Assembly: GCA_963719495.1 (NCBI GenBank)
Contig: CAVRCI010000008.1
Location: 121,067-185,066, forward strand
DNA length: 64,000 bases
From: an uncultured Verrucomicrobiae bacterium
Lineage (GTDB): Bacteria > Verrucomicrobiota > Verrucomicrobiia > Chthoniobacterales > JAATET01
Direction of reading: 5' to 3'
Shown here: positions 19,651 to 29,860 of the stretch, one piece after another
Layout of the letters: each line of letters starts with the position of its first letter
Numbering within the stretch: the stretch's first letter is position 1
Notes under the pieces: model-generated
The model's input: the letters and a program-made list of their open reading frames with translations, nothing else
What the model was told of the DNA's origin: nothing
Database searches by the model: none
Translations under genes and position numbers: made by a program

Positions 19651-20058
19651 CTATTCCGGGCGCGTGAGGCGCTTGGTGAGGCGAAGTTCGGTGCCGCGGG
19701 CCTTGGGCTGGAAGTCGACGCAATCGAACGCCCGCTGCATGATCCGGACGCCGAGACCGCCGGGGCGGAAGTCCTCGAGGTCGCGGCCTTGGATTTTCTC
19801 CGGGTCGCAGGACGTGCCGAAATCGCGAAGGACGCATTCGATGGCGCCGTCCGTGCAGTCGCAGCGCAGGCGGATGGGCCGCTCGGGATCGCCCTGGTAG
19901 GCGTGGCGAATGATGTTTGCGCAGGCTTCGTCGAGGGCGAGGACGACGAGTTCGGCGTCCATTTCGGGCACCCCGGACTTGAGGAGGTAGTCGCGGACCT
20001 CGCTCCGCATGCGACGGAGTTGGCCGGTGGCACTTTCGAAACGAAGTTCGAGTTTCAC
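19651..20058 (-). CDS. Anti-sigma regulatory kinase (RsbW-like HATPase_c)
   Basis: LALDEACANIIRHAY, DFG, RPGGLGV; GTGA overlap with the upstream gene. Confidence 0.88.
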   Translation of the reverse strand: MKLELRFESATGQLRRMRSEVRDYLLKSGVPEMDAELVVLALDEACANIIRHAYQGDPERPIRLRCDCTDGAIECVLRDFGTSCDPEKIQGRDLEDFRPGGLGVRIMQRAFDCVDFQPKARGTELRLTKRLTRPE

Positions 20059-21332
20059 TCGAAACCTCCGATGAGAACGGTGAGGTCGTCGCGCGCGGGC
20101 TCGTTGCCTCGGTAGCGTTTTTCCACGGCGACGAGGTGGTCGACCACGGATTTGGGGCTCGGGAAATCGCGGCGTAATTCCTCGGCGAGGTGGTCGTCGA
20201 AAAACTGACCGGTGTCGCCGTCGCGCGACTCGGACAGGCCATCGGTGAACGACACGAGGTATTCGCCGGGGGCGAGCGCGATTTCCTCCTGCTCGTAGGC
20301 GACGTCGGGGAGGACGCCGAGCGGGAGCGCGCCGGGTGTCTGGATCTCGGTCGCCTTGTCCCCCGGGCCGACGATCCAGGGGCGGCAATGCCCGGCACTG
20401 GCGAGCTGGATCACCCGGGTCGCGGGCAGCATGCGGCCGATGAGGGTCGTGACAAACATCCCGCGCACGATGTGATCGTGGAGCGTGCTGTTGAGGGTCG
20501 CGAGGGCTTCCGCCGGGCCGGTGGCGGTGGCGAAGACGAATTGCATCGCGCTGAGGGTCTGCGCCATGAGGAGCGAGGCCGGGATTCCCTTCCCGGAGAC
20601 ATCGCTGATCGCGAAGAAGACGCTGCCGTCGGAGCGGGGGAAGACGGAGAAAAAATCGCCGCCGACGTCGGATGCCGCCTTGTTGTAACTGGCAAAAACC
20701 GCACCCTCCACGTGCTCGGGGATGGCGCGGGAGAGGAGTTCCTGCTGAATCTCGGCGGCGATCGAGACGTCACGGTTGACGCGCTCCTGCTCGCGGATGC
20801 GGTCGATAGCGCGGAGCTTCTCGATGGCCGTGGCGATGAGGTTTGAGTAGGCCTCGAAGCCCTCGAGATCCTCGGATTCGAAGGCTTGTTTGTCGGAGGG
20901 ATTGAGGATCTGGAGCACACCGATCACGGAGCCGTCGCGTTTGAGCGGGGCGCAGAGGATCGAGCGTGTGCGGAAGCCGCTGGCCTTGTCGGCGTCCCGG
21001 AAGAAGCGGTCGTCGGCGTAGGCGTCGGGGATGAGGAGGCTTTCGCCGTGCTCGAGAACCCAGCCGGATATGCCCTGGCCGCGCGGGACCGTGATACGCG
21101 GCTGGACGAACTCGCCCACCGAAGAAGATGATATTTCCAAGCTGAGGTCGCCATTTTCTTCGTCGAGCAGGAAAAGCGACGCGGCGTCGGCCCGCACGAC
21201 CCGCCGGGCGACGTCGAGCACGGCGCGGAGCAGCTCGTCGTAGTCGGTGATCGAATTGATGAGTCCGCTCACCTCGACGAGGCCTCGGTGGACGGCCAGG
21301 GATTTGCGCAGCAAGGCGAGTTCGAGTTCCAC
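20055..21332 (-). CDS. GAF + PP2C/SpoIIE phosphatase (RsbU-like)
   Basis: GAF (GFRTRSILCAPL), VGGDFF, DVSGKG, FTDG, DDLT; GTG start inferred. Confidence 0.92.
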   Translation of the reverse strand: MELELALLRKSLAVHRGLVEVSGLINSITDYDELLRAVLDVARRVVRADAASLFLLDEENGDLSLEISSSSVGEFVQPRITVPRGQGISGWVLEHGESLLIPDAYADDRFFRDADKASGFRTRSILCAPLKRDGSVIGVLQILNPSDKQAFESEDLEGFEAYSNLIATAIEKLRAIDRIREQERVNRDVSIAAEIQQELLSRAIPEHVEGAVFASYNKAASDVGGDFFSVFPRSDGSVFFAISDVSGKGIPASLLMAQTLSAMQFVFATATGPAEALATLNSTLHDHIVRGMFVTTLIGRMLPATRVIQLASAGHCRPWIVGPGDKATEIQTPGALPLGVLPDVAYEQEEIALAPGEYLVSFTDGLSESRDGDTGQFFDDHLAEELRRDFPSPKSVVDHLVAVEKRYRGNEPARDDLTVLIGGFE

Positions 21333-21416
21333 GTTCCCAGCATCGGTGGAGACGCTGGAAAATCGAGCCGGAAAATTTCCGTTGGAATTCCCGACCAGCT
21401 TCGCGAAGTTGGCGGC

Positions 21417-22196
21417 GTGCAACGTTACCTGGCAATTCCTCTTCTCATTCTCGCGGCGGCGACCGGCGCGACCGCGGAAACGGCCTACCGGGCACTGGAA
21501 GCGATCAAGGCCGCCAAGGGCGACGCGGTACTCGACCAGCTCATCGAAGCTCGGGGTGAAAGCGGGAGCCCGCAGCCGCAATCGTGGACCATCGTGATGA
21601 TCGACGCGGCGGCGCGCGGCGGCGTGCGGGAATTCGTCGTCGCCGGTGGATCGATCCAGTCCGAGCGCACGCCCGTGCGGGGATACTCCGGCCAATCGGG
21701 GCTGCCACCGATTAATTTCTCGCGGTTGAACCTCGATTCCGACGGCGCGTTCGCCGTTGCCGAGAAGGAAGCGGTCGGCGACAAGGTCGGATTCAATACC
21801 GTGGACTACGCGCTGCGGACCGATCTCGGATCGGGTTCGCCCGTGTGGGTCGTGCGGCTTTTCGACTACATGGGAGCACCGGTCGGCGGGCTCGAAGTCT
21901 CGGCGGAGAGCGGAAAATTGACGCAGGATCTGCGGATCGATCCCGATGCCCGGGTCGCCGGATCCGACGGCGGGGACGAGACCGAGACGGTGGTCGTGCG
22001 AGGCTCGGGGGGGCAGGTGGTCGACCCGCGGCTGAACGAAAAAGACGAAATGGGTGGCGTTTTCGGATTCGTGAAACGGCGCGCGGCCTACGACGCCAAC
22101 AAGGTCAAGAACGTGACGCTGCGGACGGTCGGGACCGTGCAGAAATTCCTCGTCGGTAAAGACACGGTCAGTCCGGACAACACCCCGGCCGAATAG
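21417..22196 (+). CDS. Hypothetical exported protein
   Basis: Signal peptide VQRYLAIPLLILAAATGATA; no recognised domain. Confidence 0.7.
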   Translation: MQRYLAIPLLILAAATGATAETAYRALEAIKAAKGDAVLDQLIEARGESGSPQPQSWTIVMIDAAARGGVREFVVAGGSIQSERTPVRGYSGQSGLPPINFSRLNLDSDGAFAVAEKEAVGDKVGFNTVDYALRTDLGSGSPVWVVRLFDYMGAPVGGLEVSAESGKLTQDLRIDPDARVAGSDGGDETETVVVRGSGGQVVDPRLNEKDEMGGVFGFVKRRAAYDANKVKNVTLRTVGTVQKFLVGKDTVSPDNTPAE

Positions 22197-22217
22197 TCGA
22201 TCAGCGAGGCGGCCATC

Positions 22218-22682
22218 ATGGGAACCATTATTCTACTGGCCGGACTGGGGTTCGTTCTCATCGTCGCGGAGATGTTTCTGCCCGGAATGATTCTGGGGAT
22301 TCTTGGCGCGGTCCTGCTCGGTGCCTCCGTCGTCGTTGGTTTCACGCAATTTGGGGCCGCGGGTGGGACGGTCGTTTTCTGCGTGGTGACGACCGGGGCG
22401 ATCATCGCGTTTTTCACGTGGATGAAGACATTTCAACGCACGGCAGTCGGGCGGGGGCTCACCCTCGGCGTGAGTCTGGGAGCCGGCGACGACCTACCGG
22501 AGGTCGCGGAACTCCTCGGGAAAGAAGGTGTCGCGGTGACCGATCTTCGGCCCGCCGGCAAGATCCAGATCGAAGGCCGGAGGATCGACGTGTTGGCCGA
22601 AAGCGCCTACGTCGAATCGGGCTCGGCGGTGACCGTGATCCAGGCGGGCGGCTCCCGCGTGGTTGTGCGGAGAAAAGATTAG
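22218..22682 (+). CDS. Short NfeD-family membrane protein
   Basis: TM segments plus C-terminal OB domain GVAVTDLRPAG; adjacent to floA. Confidence 0.88.
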   Translation: MGTIILLAGLGFVLIVAEMFLPGMILGILGAVLLGASVVVGFTQFGAAGGTVVFCVVTTGAIIAFFTWMKTFQRTAVGRGLTLGVSLGAGDDLPEVAELLGKEGVAVTDLRPAGKIQIEGRRIDVLAESAYVESGSAVTVIQAGGSRVVVRRKD

Positions 22683-22731
22683 CCGATCCCCCGTGGTGCG
22701 GTAAGCTTCCCCCTCAAATCCCGACCTTTTC

Positions 22732-23751
22732 ATGAATTTCTTCGTCCTCATCGTCTTCGGCATCCTTCTCATCATCGGCCTGGTGCTGTTGATCGTGCTC
22801 CTCAACTTCTTCGGCATCTGGCTTCGCGCGAAGGTCGCCGACTCTCCGGTCAGCTTCGGCAACCTCATCGGAATGCGGCTCCGAAAAGTCCCCACCGGCC
22901 TCGTCGTCGACAACCGGATCACCAGCGTGAAAGCCGGCATCCCCATCAGCACCGACCTCTTGGAAGCCCACTACCTGTCGGGCGGCAATATTTCGAACGT
23001 CGTCCTCGCGCTCGTCGCCGCCGACAAGGCCGGCATCAAGCTCGACTTCAACCGGGCCTGCGCGATCGACCTCGCGATCAAGGGAACGTCCAAGACCGTG
23101 CTCGAAGCCGTGCGGACCAGCATCAATCCCCGCGTCATCGACTGCCCGAATCCCGCCACCGGCAAGACGACGATCGACGCGGTCGCCCGCGACGGCATCG
23201 GCGTGAAGGTCCGCGCCCGGGTCACCGTCCGGTCGAACCTCGACCGCTTCGTCGGCGGTGCGACCGAGGAGACGATCATCGCCCGCGTCGGCGAGGGCAT
23301 CGTGACCTCGATCGGCTCCGCGATCTCCTACAAGGAAGTGCTCGAAAATCCCGACCGGATCTCGAAACTCGTCCTCGAAAAAGGCCTCGACAGCGGGACG
23401 GCCTTCGAAATTCTTTCGGTCGACATCGCCGACATCGACATCGGCGAAAACGTCGGCGCGAAGCTGCAGGAAGAGCAGGCCGAGGCCGACAAGGTCGTCG
23501 CGCAGGCGAAGGCCGAAATGCGCCGCGCCGCCGCCGTCGCGACCGAGCAGGAGATGAAGGCCCGCGTGCAGGAGATGCGCGCCAAGGTCACCGAAGCCGA
23601 GGCCCAGGTGCCCGAGGCGATGGCCGAGGCCTTCCGCAGCGGCAACATGGGGATTCTCGATTATCTGCGGATGAAAAACATCCAGTCCGACACCGACATG
23701 CGCGAGTCGATCGCGAAGCCGGACAAGGGACCTTCCCAGCAGGGGGTCTGA
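22732..23751 (+). CDS. floA: Flotillin-like protein FloA (YqfA)
   Basis: [47 protein letters not shown]. Confidence 0.93.
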   Translation: MNFFVLIVFGILLIIGLVLLIVLLNFFGIWLRAKVADSPVSFGNLIGMRLRKVPTGLVVDNRITSVKAGIPISTDLLEAHYLSGGNISNVVLALVAADKAGIKLDFNRACAIDLAIKGTSKTVLEAVRTSINPRVIDCPNPATGKTTIDAVARDGIGVKVRARVTVRSNLDRFVGGATEETIIARVGEGIVTSIGSAISYKEVLENPDRISKLVLEKGLDSGTAFEILSVDIADIDIGENVGAKLQEEQAEADKVVAQAKAEMRRAAAVATEQEMKARVQEMRAKVTEAEAQVPEAMAEAFRSGNMGILDYLRMKNIQSDTDMRESIAKPDKGPSQQGV

Positions 23752-23805
23752 TTGGAAGACCGAACCTCGGCGGCTGGAAGCCGCCGCTCCTTGAAATAGA
23801 CGACG

Positions 23806-24372
23806 ATGCCTTGGGAACAACTCGCGATTCTGGTCATTATCGGCCTGATCAGCTTCGTCAACTGGCTGATGCAGAAGTCCGCCGAGCACAAGGCGGCGCG
23901 GCGGACTCAGGAACGGATCGACCGCGGCGAGCAGGCCCCCGAGGCGAACGACTTTGGTGAACCCGATGAGGCCGAGCGGGCCTACGAGGCGGAGGAGCAG
24001 CGGCGGCGATTCATGGAGGCGCTCGGAATGCCGGTCGCCGACGCGGAGCCGACGCCCCAAGCGCGAGCCCAGCGTGACGTCGTCTCGGAGGGGCCGGTCA
24101 CGCGGGGGCCGGCGCGGAATTTTCTCCACAAACTGTCGGGCGATTTGGAGCAACGGCTCGTCCCGGCGGAAACCGTCCAACCGCCGCCGATCATGGCTCC
24201 CACGTCACGGCCAACGACCGCAGCCCGAAGGAAACGCGCGGCGCGCAAGGTGGCGGCGCCACTCGCTCCGGGGGCACCGTTGGAATTCCTGCGTGATCGG
24301 GAAGGGCTGCGCAAAGCCATCCTCTCCCAGGAAGTGCTGGGGCGCTGCAAGGGTCTCTCGTTCGATCTCTGA
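23806..24372 (+). CDS. Hypothetical protein (YqfB-like position)
   Basis: N-terminal TM, C-terminal LRKAILSQEVLG; third gene of the nfeD-floA operon. Confidence 0.7.
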   Translation: MPWEQLAILVIIGLISFVNWLMQKSAEHKAARRTQERIDRGEQAPEANDFGEPDEAERAYEAEEQRRRFMEALGMPVADAEPTPQARAQRDVVSEGPVTRGPARNFLHKLSGDLEQRLVPAETVQPPPIMAPTSRPTTAARRKRAARKVAAPLAPGAPLEFLRDREGLRKAILSQEVLGRCKGLSFDL

Positions 24373-24389
24373 TCGAGTAGACGGGGCCC

Positions 24390-24476
24390 TAAGGAGTCGT
24401 CCAGAAATCACTCGGTACAAAACAGCTATGAAGGGCTGATGGTGTAATTCCATTCCCCGTGAAAATCATTGCGTCT
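24390..24476 (-). mobile_element. Remnant of ISAzo13-family IS (transposase C-terminus plus element end)
   Basis: Minus frame reads RRNDFHGEWNYTISPS-stop, matching the recalled conserved ISAzo13 transposase C-terminus; followed by TGATTTCTGGACGACTCCTTAG. Confidence 0.7.
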
Positions 24477-24722
24477 TGTTTGGACTGCCACGGGGCGGAG
24501 TCGCGGGCGGAGTATCCGCGGTTGGCGGGTCAGGAGGACTGGTATTTGGTGCGGCAATTGGAGTTGTTTGCGAGCGGCGTGCGGGGTGGGTCGAGTTCGG
24601 CGCACTTGATGGATTCGGTGGCGGAGCGGCTGACGCCGGAGGATCGGGTGGACGTGGCGGCTTGGTTTGCTTCGATGGGTGGGGCGGATGGGGATTTGCC
24701 GGAGGCGCGGGTGGTGAGGTGA
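24474..24722 (+). pseudogene. 5'-truncated c-type cytochrome (c4/c553-like)
   Basis: CLDCHG, YPRLAGQ, YLVRQL, axial Met candidate; no signal peptide, 5' end abuts the IS remnant. Confidence 0.7.
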
Positions 24723-25023
24723 GATGTCAGAGCGGCTTCGCTTAGCTGCCAATGACATCGTCTCCTGTGGTGCGCAATCCAACGAGAAGGCCACGGCTCG
24801 GCAGGAGCCTCGCCCTCCGAATGCCCCAAGGGGGTCGGCTGGTGCCGACGGGTCATCTTTGGCTTCTCAACTCGCTTGCGCGTTCGTTGTGTTCAGCATG
24901 ACAAGGGGGGAGGTTTGGTGGTGGGTGGGGCTTTTCAGGTTGGCGGAGCGTTTGGTTGCCGCCGGGCAGGATATCCGGCGGAACAGGCTGGAAGCCTGTT
25001 TTCCCCGTGGTTAGGTTTCCGCG

Positions 25024-26478
25024 ATGGAAGAAAGTTCGTTGAGCGAGTTGTTGGCGGTGCGACGCGGGAAGTTGGACGCTTTGGTGGCGGCGGGGGTGGC
25101 TCCTTACGGGGCGGCTTACGAGACGGATGGGGCGGTGGCGGACGTGCGGGCGAAATTTGCGGAGGAGGCTCCGCTGCGGATGGCGGGGCGGATCACGGCT
25201 CACCGGGACATGGGGAAGAGCCAATTCCTGGACCTTTCGGACGCGACGGGGCGGATGCAGATTTACGTTCACGCGAAGGAGATCGGGGCGGAACGGTTCG
25301 CGATTTTTCAGCAGTTGGACATTGGGGATTTCGTGGGTGTGATGGGGGTGGGGTTCATGACGCGGACGGGGGAGCCGACGATCAAGGTGGGGGGCTTCGA
25401 GGTGCTGAGCAAATCGCTGAAACCGCTGCCGGATAAATGGCACGGGGTGCAGGATAGGGAGATCCGGTATCGTCAGAGGTATCTCGATCTCATCGCGAAC
25501 GAGTCGTCGCGGGAGATCTTCCAGAAGCGGGTGCGGATCGTGCGGGAGATTCGGCGGTTTCTGGAGGATCGGGCTTTCATCGAGGTGGAGACGCCGATGA
25601 TGCAGACGGTGGCAGGCGGCGCGGCGGCGGAGCCTTTCAAGACGCATCACAACGCGCTCGGGATGGATTTATTTCTGCGGATTGCGCCGGAACTGTATCT
25701 GAAGCGGCTGTTGGTGGGCGGGTTTCCGAAGATCTTCGAGTTGAACCGGAATTTTCGGAACGAGGGGATTTCGCGGCGGCACAATCCGGAGTTCACGATG
25801 TTGGAGGCGTATTGGGCGTTCGCGGACTTCGAGAAAATGGCCGATCTCGTCGAGGAGATGATCTGTCATTTGGCCGAGACGGTTTGCGGCGGGCTCGAGG
25901 TCGAACACAAGGATGGGGACGGGAACGTGACGCGCACGATCGATTTGACGCGGCCCTGGCGGCGAGAGCGCTACGCGGAATTGATCAAGTCGGTGCAGCC
26001 GGATTGGTATGAGCTGACGGACGACGGACGGCGGGAGCGGTGTCGCGAGATCGGGTTGGACGTGTCGCAGTGCGTGGCGGATTTCGAGGTGACGCAGCAC
26101 GTTTTCGAGAAGTTGATTGAAGAGAAGACGATGAATCCGCTCTACGTGACGCATTGTCCGAAGGAGCTGGTGCCGCTGGCGAAGCAGAACGTGGAGGATC
26201 CGAGCGTGGTGGACGTCTACGAGTTGGTGATCAACGGGCAGGAGATCTCGCCGGGGTATTCCGAGCTGAATGATCCGACGGTGCAGCGGGCGCGGCTGAT
26301 GGAGCAGAGCGGCGGGGAGACGCAGATGTTGGATGAATCGTTTCTGGAGGCGCTGGAATACGGGATGCCGCCGGCTGGGGGGATTGGGATCGGGATCGAC
26401 CGGTTGGTGATGATGCTGACGGGGGCGGAGTCGATCCGGGACGTGCTGTTTTTCCCGCAGATGAAGCCGCGGGGGTAG
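25024..26478 (+). CDS. lysS: Lysine--tRNA ligase (class II)
   Basis: RYRQRYLDL, LRIAPELYLKRL, FRNEG, HNPEFT, YGMPPAGGIGIGIDRL. Confidence 0.98.
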   Translation: MEESSLSELLAVRRGKLDALVAAGVAPYGAAYETDGAVADVRAKFAEEAPLRMAGRITAHRDMGKSQFLDLSDATGRMQIYVHAKEIGAERFAIFQQLDIGDFVGVMGVGFMTRTGEPTIKVGGFEVLSKSLKPLPDKWHGVQDREIRYRQRYLDLIANESSREIFQKRVRIVREIRRFLEDRAFIEVETPMMQTVAGGAAAEPFKTHHNALGMDLFLRIAPELYLKRLLVGGFPKIFELNRNFRNEGISRRHNPEFTMLEAYWAFADFEKMADLVEEMICHLAETVCGGLEVEHKDGDGNVTRTIDLTRPWRRERYAELIKSVQPDWYELTDDGRRERCREIGLDVSQCVADFEVTQHVFEKLIEEKTMNPLYVTHCPKELVPLAKQNVEDPSVVDVYELVINGQEISPGYSELNDPTVQRARLMEQSGGETQMLDESFLEALEYGMPPAGGIGIGIDRLVMMLTGAESIRDVLFFPQMKPRG

Positions 26479-26536
26479 GTGCCGACGAGCGGCGGGGCTT
26501 GCGCGGTGGGGCGCGGGTGGGGTTTGATCGTCGACT

Positions 26537-27187
26537 ATGGAAACGACGACACCCGCGAGCGTGGTAGGGGCGCTGAACTGGCGCTACGCAACGAAGTCCT
26601 TCGACCCGGAGCGGAAGATCGCGCCGGAAATCTGGGAAGCGTTGGAGCAATCGTTGGTGCTGTCGCCTTCTTCGTTTGGGTTGCAGCCGTGGAGGTTTGT
26701 CGTCGTGGAAGACGCGGCGAAACGGGCGGAGTTGGTGGCTAAGTCATGGGGTCAGCGCCAGGTCTTGGAGGCATCCCATTTGGTCGTCTTCGCGGTGAAG
26801 AGTCCTTTGGACGCGACTGACGTGCGGAGGCACATGGAACGGACGGCTGAGGTGCAGGGGATGCTGGTGGAGAATCTGGCGGGGTTCGAGAAGGTGGTTG
26901 CCGGGTTTCTGGAAAAGCCGCCGTATCCGTTGGAGATGCGGGAATGGGCTTCGCGTCAGGCCTACATCGCGCTGGGGACGTTCATGCTGTCGGCGGCGAT
27001 GATGGGGGTGGACACTTGCCCGATGGAAGGATTGGACCCGGCGGGATATGACGAGATCCTTGGGTTGACGGGCTCTGGCTTCTACACCGTGGTGGCTTGT
27101 CCGGCGGGGTATCGATCCGGCGAGGATGCTTCGGCGGGCCGGGCGAAGGTGCGGTTCCCGCGGGAGGATGTGATCGTGCGGGTGTGA
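26537..27187 (+). CDS. NAD(P)H-dependent nitroreductase family protein
   Basis: WRYATKSFD, SPSSFGLQPW, DTCPMEG, KVR. Confidence 0.92.
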   Translation: METTTPASVVGALNWRYATKSFDPERKIAPEIWEALEQSLVLSPSSFGLQPWRFVVVEDAAKRAELVAKSWGQRQVLEASHLVVFAVKSPLDATDVRRHMERTAEVQGMLVENLAGFEKVVAGFLEKPPYPLEMREWASRQAYIALGTFMLSAAMMGVDTCPMEGLDPAGYDEILGLTGSGFYTVVACPAGYRSGEDASAGRAKVRFPREDVIVRV

Positions 27188-27236
27188 CTTGAATGAGGGC
27201 AATTCTTTAGCGCCCGGACGGAACGCTAGAGACGAT

Positions 27237-27379
27237 TTCAAACAGAAGGGACCGAAAGATACAGAAGGAATTCAATACGGTCTGAACAGAAGAGCGCGAA
27301 GGTCGCAAAGGGGTGAAAGAAGGGATCTGATTGAAATGCCTTCGGCATTTCTTTGCGAACTTTGCGGCCTTCTGTTCAA
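27237..27379. repeat. Intergenic palindromic repeat (AACAGAAG..CGCAAAG family)
   Basis: TGAACAGAAGAGCGCGAAGGTCGCAAAG ... CTTTGCGAACTTTGCGGCCTTCTGTTCA inverted pair plus a partial upstream copy. Confidence 0.65.
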
Positions 27380-29772
27380 TCCGTAACTCTCATTTTCCTT
27401 TGGGCGAGGAGCCAGAGGTGGGGGAGGAGGAAGATGGCGATGGCGGTGTTGGCGGCGAAGCCGAGGGCGCAGACGCGGCCGAGGCTGGCGAGGCCTTCGC
27501 TGGCGGCCCAGCTGATGCTGGCGAAGCCGGTGACGGTGGTGAGGCCGCAGAGGAGGAGGGCGGTGCCGACGGTGCGTTGAGTGACGGCCAGGTCGCCGTT
27601 GGTCTCGCGGAGGGAGCGGATGAGGTGGATGCTGAAGTCGACGCCGGTGCCGAGGAGGAGGAGGGCGGCGGCGATGTTCATGAAGTTCCACGTGAACCCG
27701 AGGAGGGTCATGCCGCCGAGGAGCGTGATGGTGTTGAGGGTGAGGATGCCGATGGCGAAGAGGACGTCGAAGACGTTGCGGAAGGCGAGGACGAGCATGA
27801 CGAGGAGGACGGCGGCGAAGAGGAGGATCGGGATGATCATTTCCTCGGAGGCGAAGCAGGCAAGTTCCTGTCCGAGCAGGGGCCAGCTTAGGAGGGCGAT
27901 GCCGGGGGCGTTGACTCGGGATGGAAGGGAGGCGTATTCGGCGTCGGAGAGATTGGGGGCGGGTTCGACGGCTCCCATGGCGGCGTTGGGGCGGTGAACG
28001 GATCGACGAAGAATCCACTGGGTGCGCGGGTCGCTGGGCCAAAGGGGCGGTGGTCCGATTTGTTGCCAGTTGTCGAGGAGGGCACCGGTGAGGGCGAAGG
28101 CTTCGTCGGTGAATCCGGCTTCGTTCAAGGCGGAGGCGAGGGTGGAGCGAGCGGCGATCGCGGGCTGGATGGCGGCGAGATTGGCGCGCTGAGCGACCGG
28201 GTCGGGCCAGAAGGCGACGGGGAGGAGGGCGCCGGTGACGAGGCCTTCGTCCTCGAGTTTTACGATGCTTGCCCGGGCGGCGAGGAGGCGTTCGTGGATC
28301 TGGGCGGGGGTGTCGCCGGTGACGAGGAGGTTGAGGGTGCGGGGAGAGTCGGTGAGTTTTTCGTAGATCCGATTGACGGTCTCGTAGGCGAGGCTGTTGC
28401 GGGGTTTGAGGGCGGCGGCGCTGGATTCGAGGCCGGGGAAGCCGAGGACGAGGAGGGCGGCGATGGCGATCAGGACGCCCGCTGCGGTGATGAGGGTGGC
28501 GGGGGTTCCGAAGAGGTGATTGGTGATGGGGGATTGGTGATTCTGGGGGGGCTTTGCGAAGCGGACGACGGCTCGGGTGAAGACCGTGAGCATGAGGATC
28601 GCGCCGGCGATGACGCCGAGGGCGACGAGGATGCCGAGGTGGGCGAGGCCGGGAACGCCGGAAAAGCTGAGGCTGGCGAAGGCGGCGGCGGTGGTGGCGG
28701 CGGCCCAGGCGATGCCCGGGGTGCAGGTGCGGCGGAGCGTGCGCGCGTCGGACGGTTCGTTGAGGTGGGTCTGGTAGACGATGAGGGCGTAGTCGACGTT
28801 GATGCCGACGAGGATCGAGGCGAAGCCGGCGCTGATGATCGTGATGCCGGTCTCGATGAACCCGGCGAGGCCGAGGGCGATGACGAAGCTGAGGCCGAGA
28901 AGGCCAATGAGAATGGCGAGTGGGAGGAGCCGCCGGTAGACGACGAAAAAAATGAGGCCGACGATGGCGGCGGTGACGAGGCCGCTCTGCCGCATCTCGT
29001 TTTCCATGCCGGAGGAGAGCTCCGAGACGAAGGCGGGGTCTCCGGCGATGCCGATCTGGAGGGTCGCGGGGTCGGGTTGGGATTCTTTCCAATCGGCGAT
29101 GGTCGCTTTGACGTCGTCAATCCAATCGGTGGCGATGCGGTAGTTCGCGAGGTCGGGGGCGGCCTCGAGGTAGATCGCGCGGAAGGTGCCGTCGGCGGAA
29201 ACGAACTCGGATTTCGTGACGTTTTTGCTGGTGGGCGCGATGGCTTGAAGGTTCGCGAGGATGCGGTAGGGATCGTAGCTGAGGAGGGCGAGGTCCTGAC
29301 CGGAGAGGGTGTTGCCGAGGGCGTCGACGGCGGATTGGGCGTTGGCGGGCGCGTTGGCGGGGTCGAGGGCGGCGACGATGCGGGCGAAGTCGGCGGGGGG
29401 AAGGTTGATGGCGCTGTAGGCGGCGAAGTCGGCGAGTTTTTCGGGCTCGGCCTCCCAGAGTGGTGCGTCGACGACGAGGGAGATGAGTTTTTTGTCGGTG
29501 CGGAGAAGTTCGGCGAGAGACTGGGCGGCGGTGGCGGTGCGGGTGGCGTCGGGGGTTTCGACGGTGACGATGAGCTCCTGGGGGAGGCCGAAATCCTGGA
29601 GGACGGTGGCGAGGCCTTCGGCTTGGTCGAGGCCGCGGGGGAGGAGGTCGAGGATTCGGACGTTGAAGCCGATGCGGGAGAGGCCGGCGAGGATCAGCGC
29701 GGCGGCGGCGAGGAGTAACGCGGCTTTTAACCACAGCCGAGCGGAGCGGAGCAAATAGACACGGATGGACAC
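27376..29772 (-). CDS. MMPL/RND-family exporter
   Basis: Two TM bundles with GINVDY and GTGVDF motifs and large loops; start uncertain. Confidence 0.88.
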   Translation of the reverse strand: MSIRVYLLRSARLWLKAALLLAAAALILAGLSRIGFNVRILDLLPRGLDQAEGLATVLQDFGLPQELIVTVETPDATRTATAAQSLAELLRTDKKLISLVVDAPLWEAEPEKLADFAAYSAINLPPADFARIVAALDPANAPANAQSAVDALGNTLSGQDLALLSYDPYRILANLQAIAPTSKNVTKSEFVSADGTFRAIYLEAAPDLANYRIATDWIDDVKATIADWKESQPDPATLQIGIAGDPAFVSELSSGMENEMRQSGLVTAAIVGLIFFVVYRRLLPLAILIGLLGLSFVIALGLAGFIETGITIISAGFASILVGINVDYALIVYQTHLNEPSDARTLRRTCTPGIAWAAATTAAAFASLSFSGVPGLAHLGILVALGVIAGAILMLTVFTRAVVRFAKPPQNHQSPITNHLFGTPATLITAAGVLIAIAALLVLGFPGLESSAAALKPRNSLAYETVNRIYEKLTDSPRTLNLLVTGDTPAQIHERLLAARASIVKLEDEGLVTGALLPVAFWPDPVAQRANLAAIQPAIAARSTLASALNEAGFTDEAFALTGALLDNWQQIGPPPLWPSDPRTQWILRRSVHRPNAAMGAVEPAPNLSDAEYASLPSRVNAPGIALLSWPLLGQELACFASEEMIIPILLFAAVLLVMLVLAFRNVFDVLFAIGILTLNTITLLGGMTLLGFTWNFMNIAAALLLLGTGVDFSIHLIRSLRETNGDLAVTQRTVGTALLLCGLTTVTGFASISWAASEGLASLGRVCALGFAANTAIAIFLLPHLWLLAQRKMRVTD

Positions 29773-29860
29773 GGATTGGGTGAGTGAGTGAAGGGGATCG
29801 GCTCCCGCGCTGGCGCGCGGGTTGCCGAGCTTCGGCGGCTGGGAGCCGCCGCTCCTTGAA

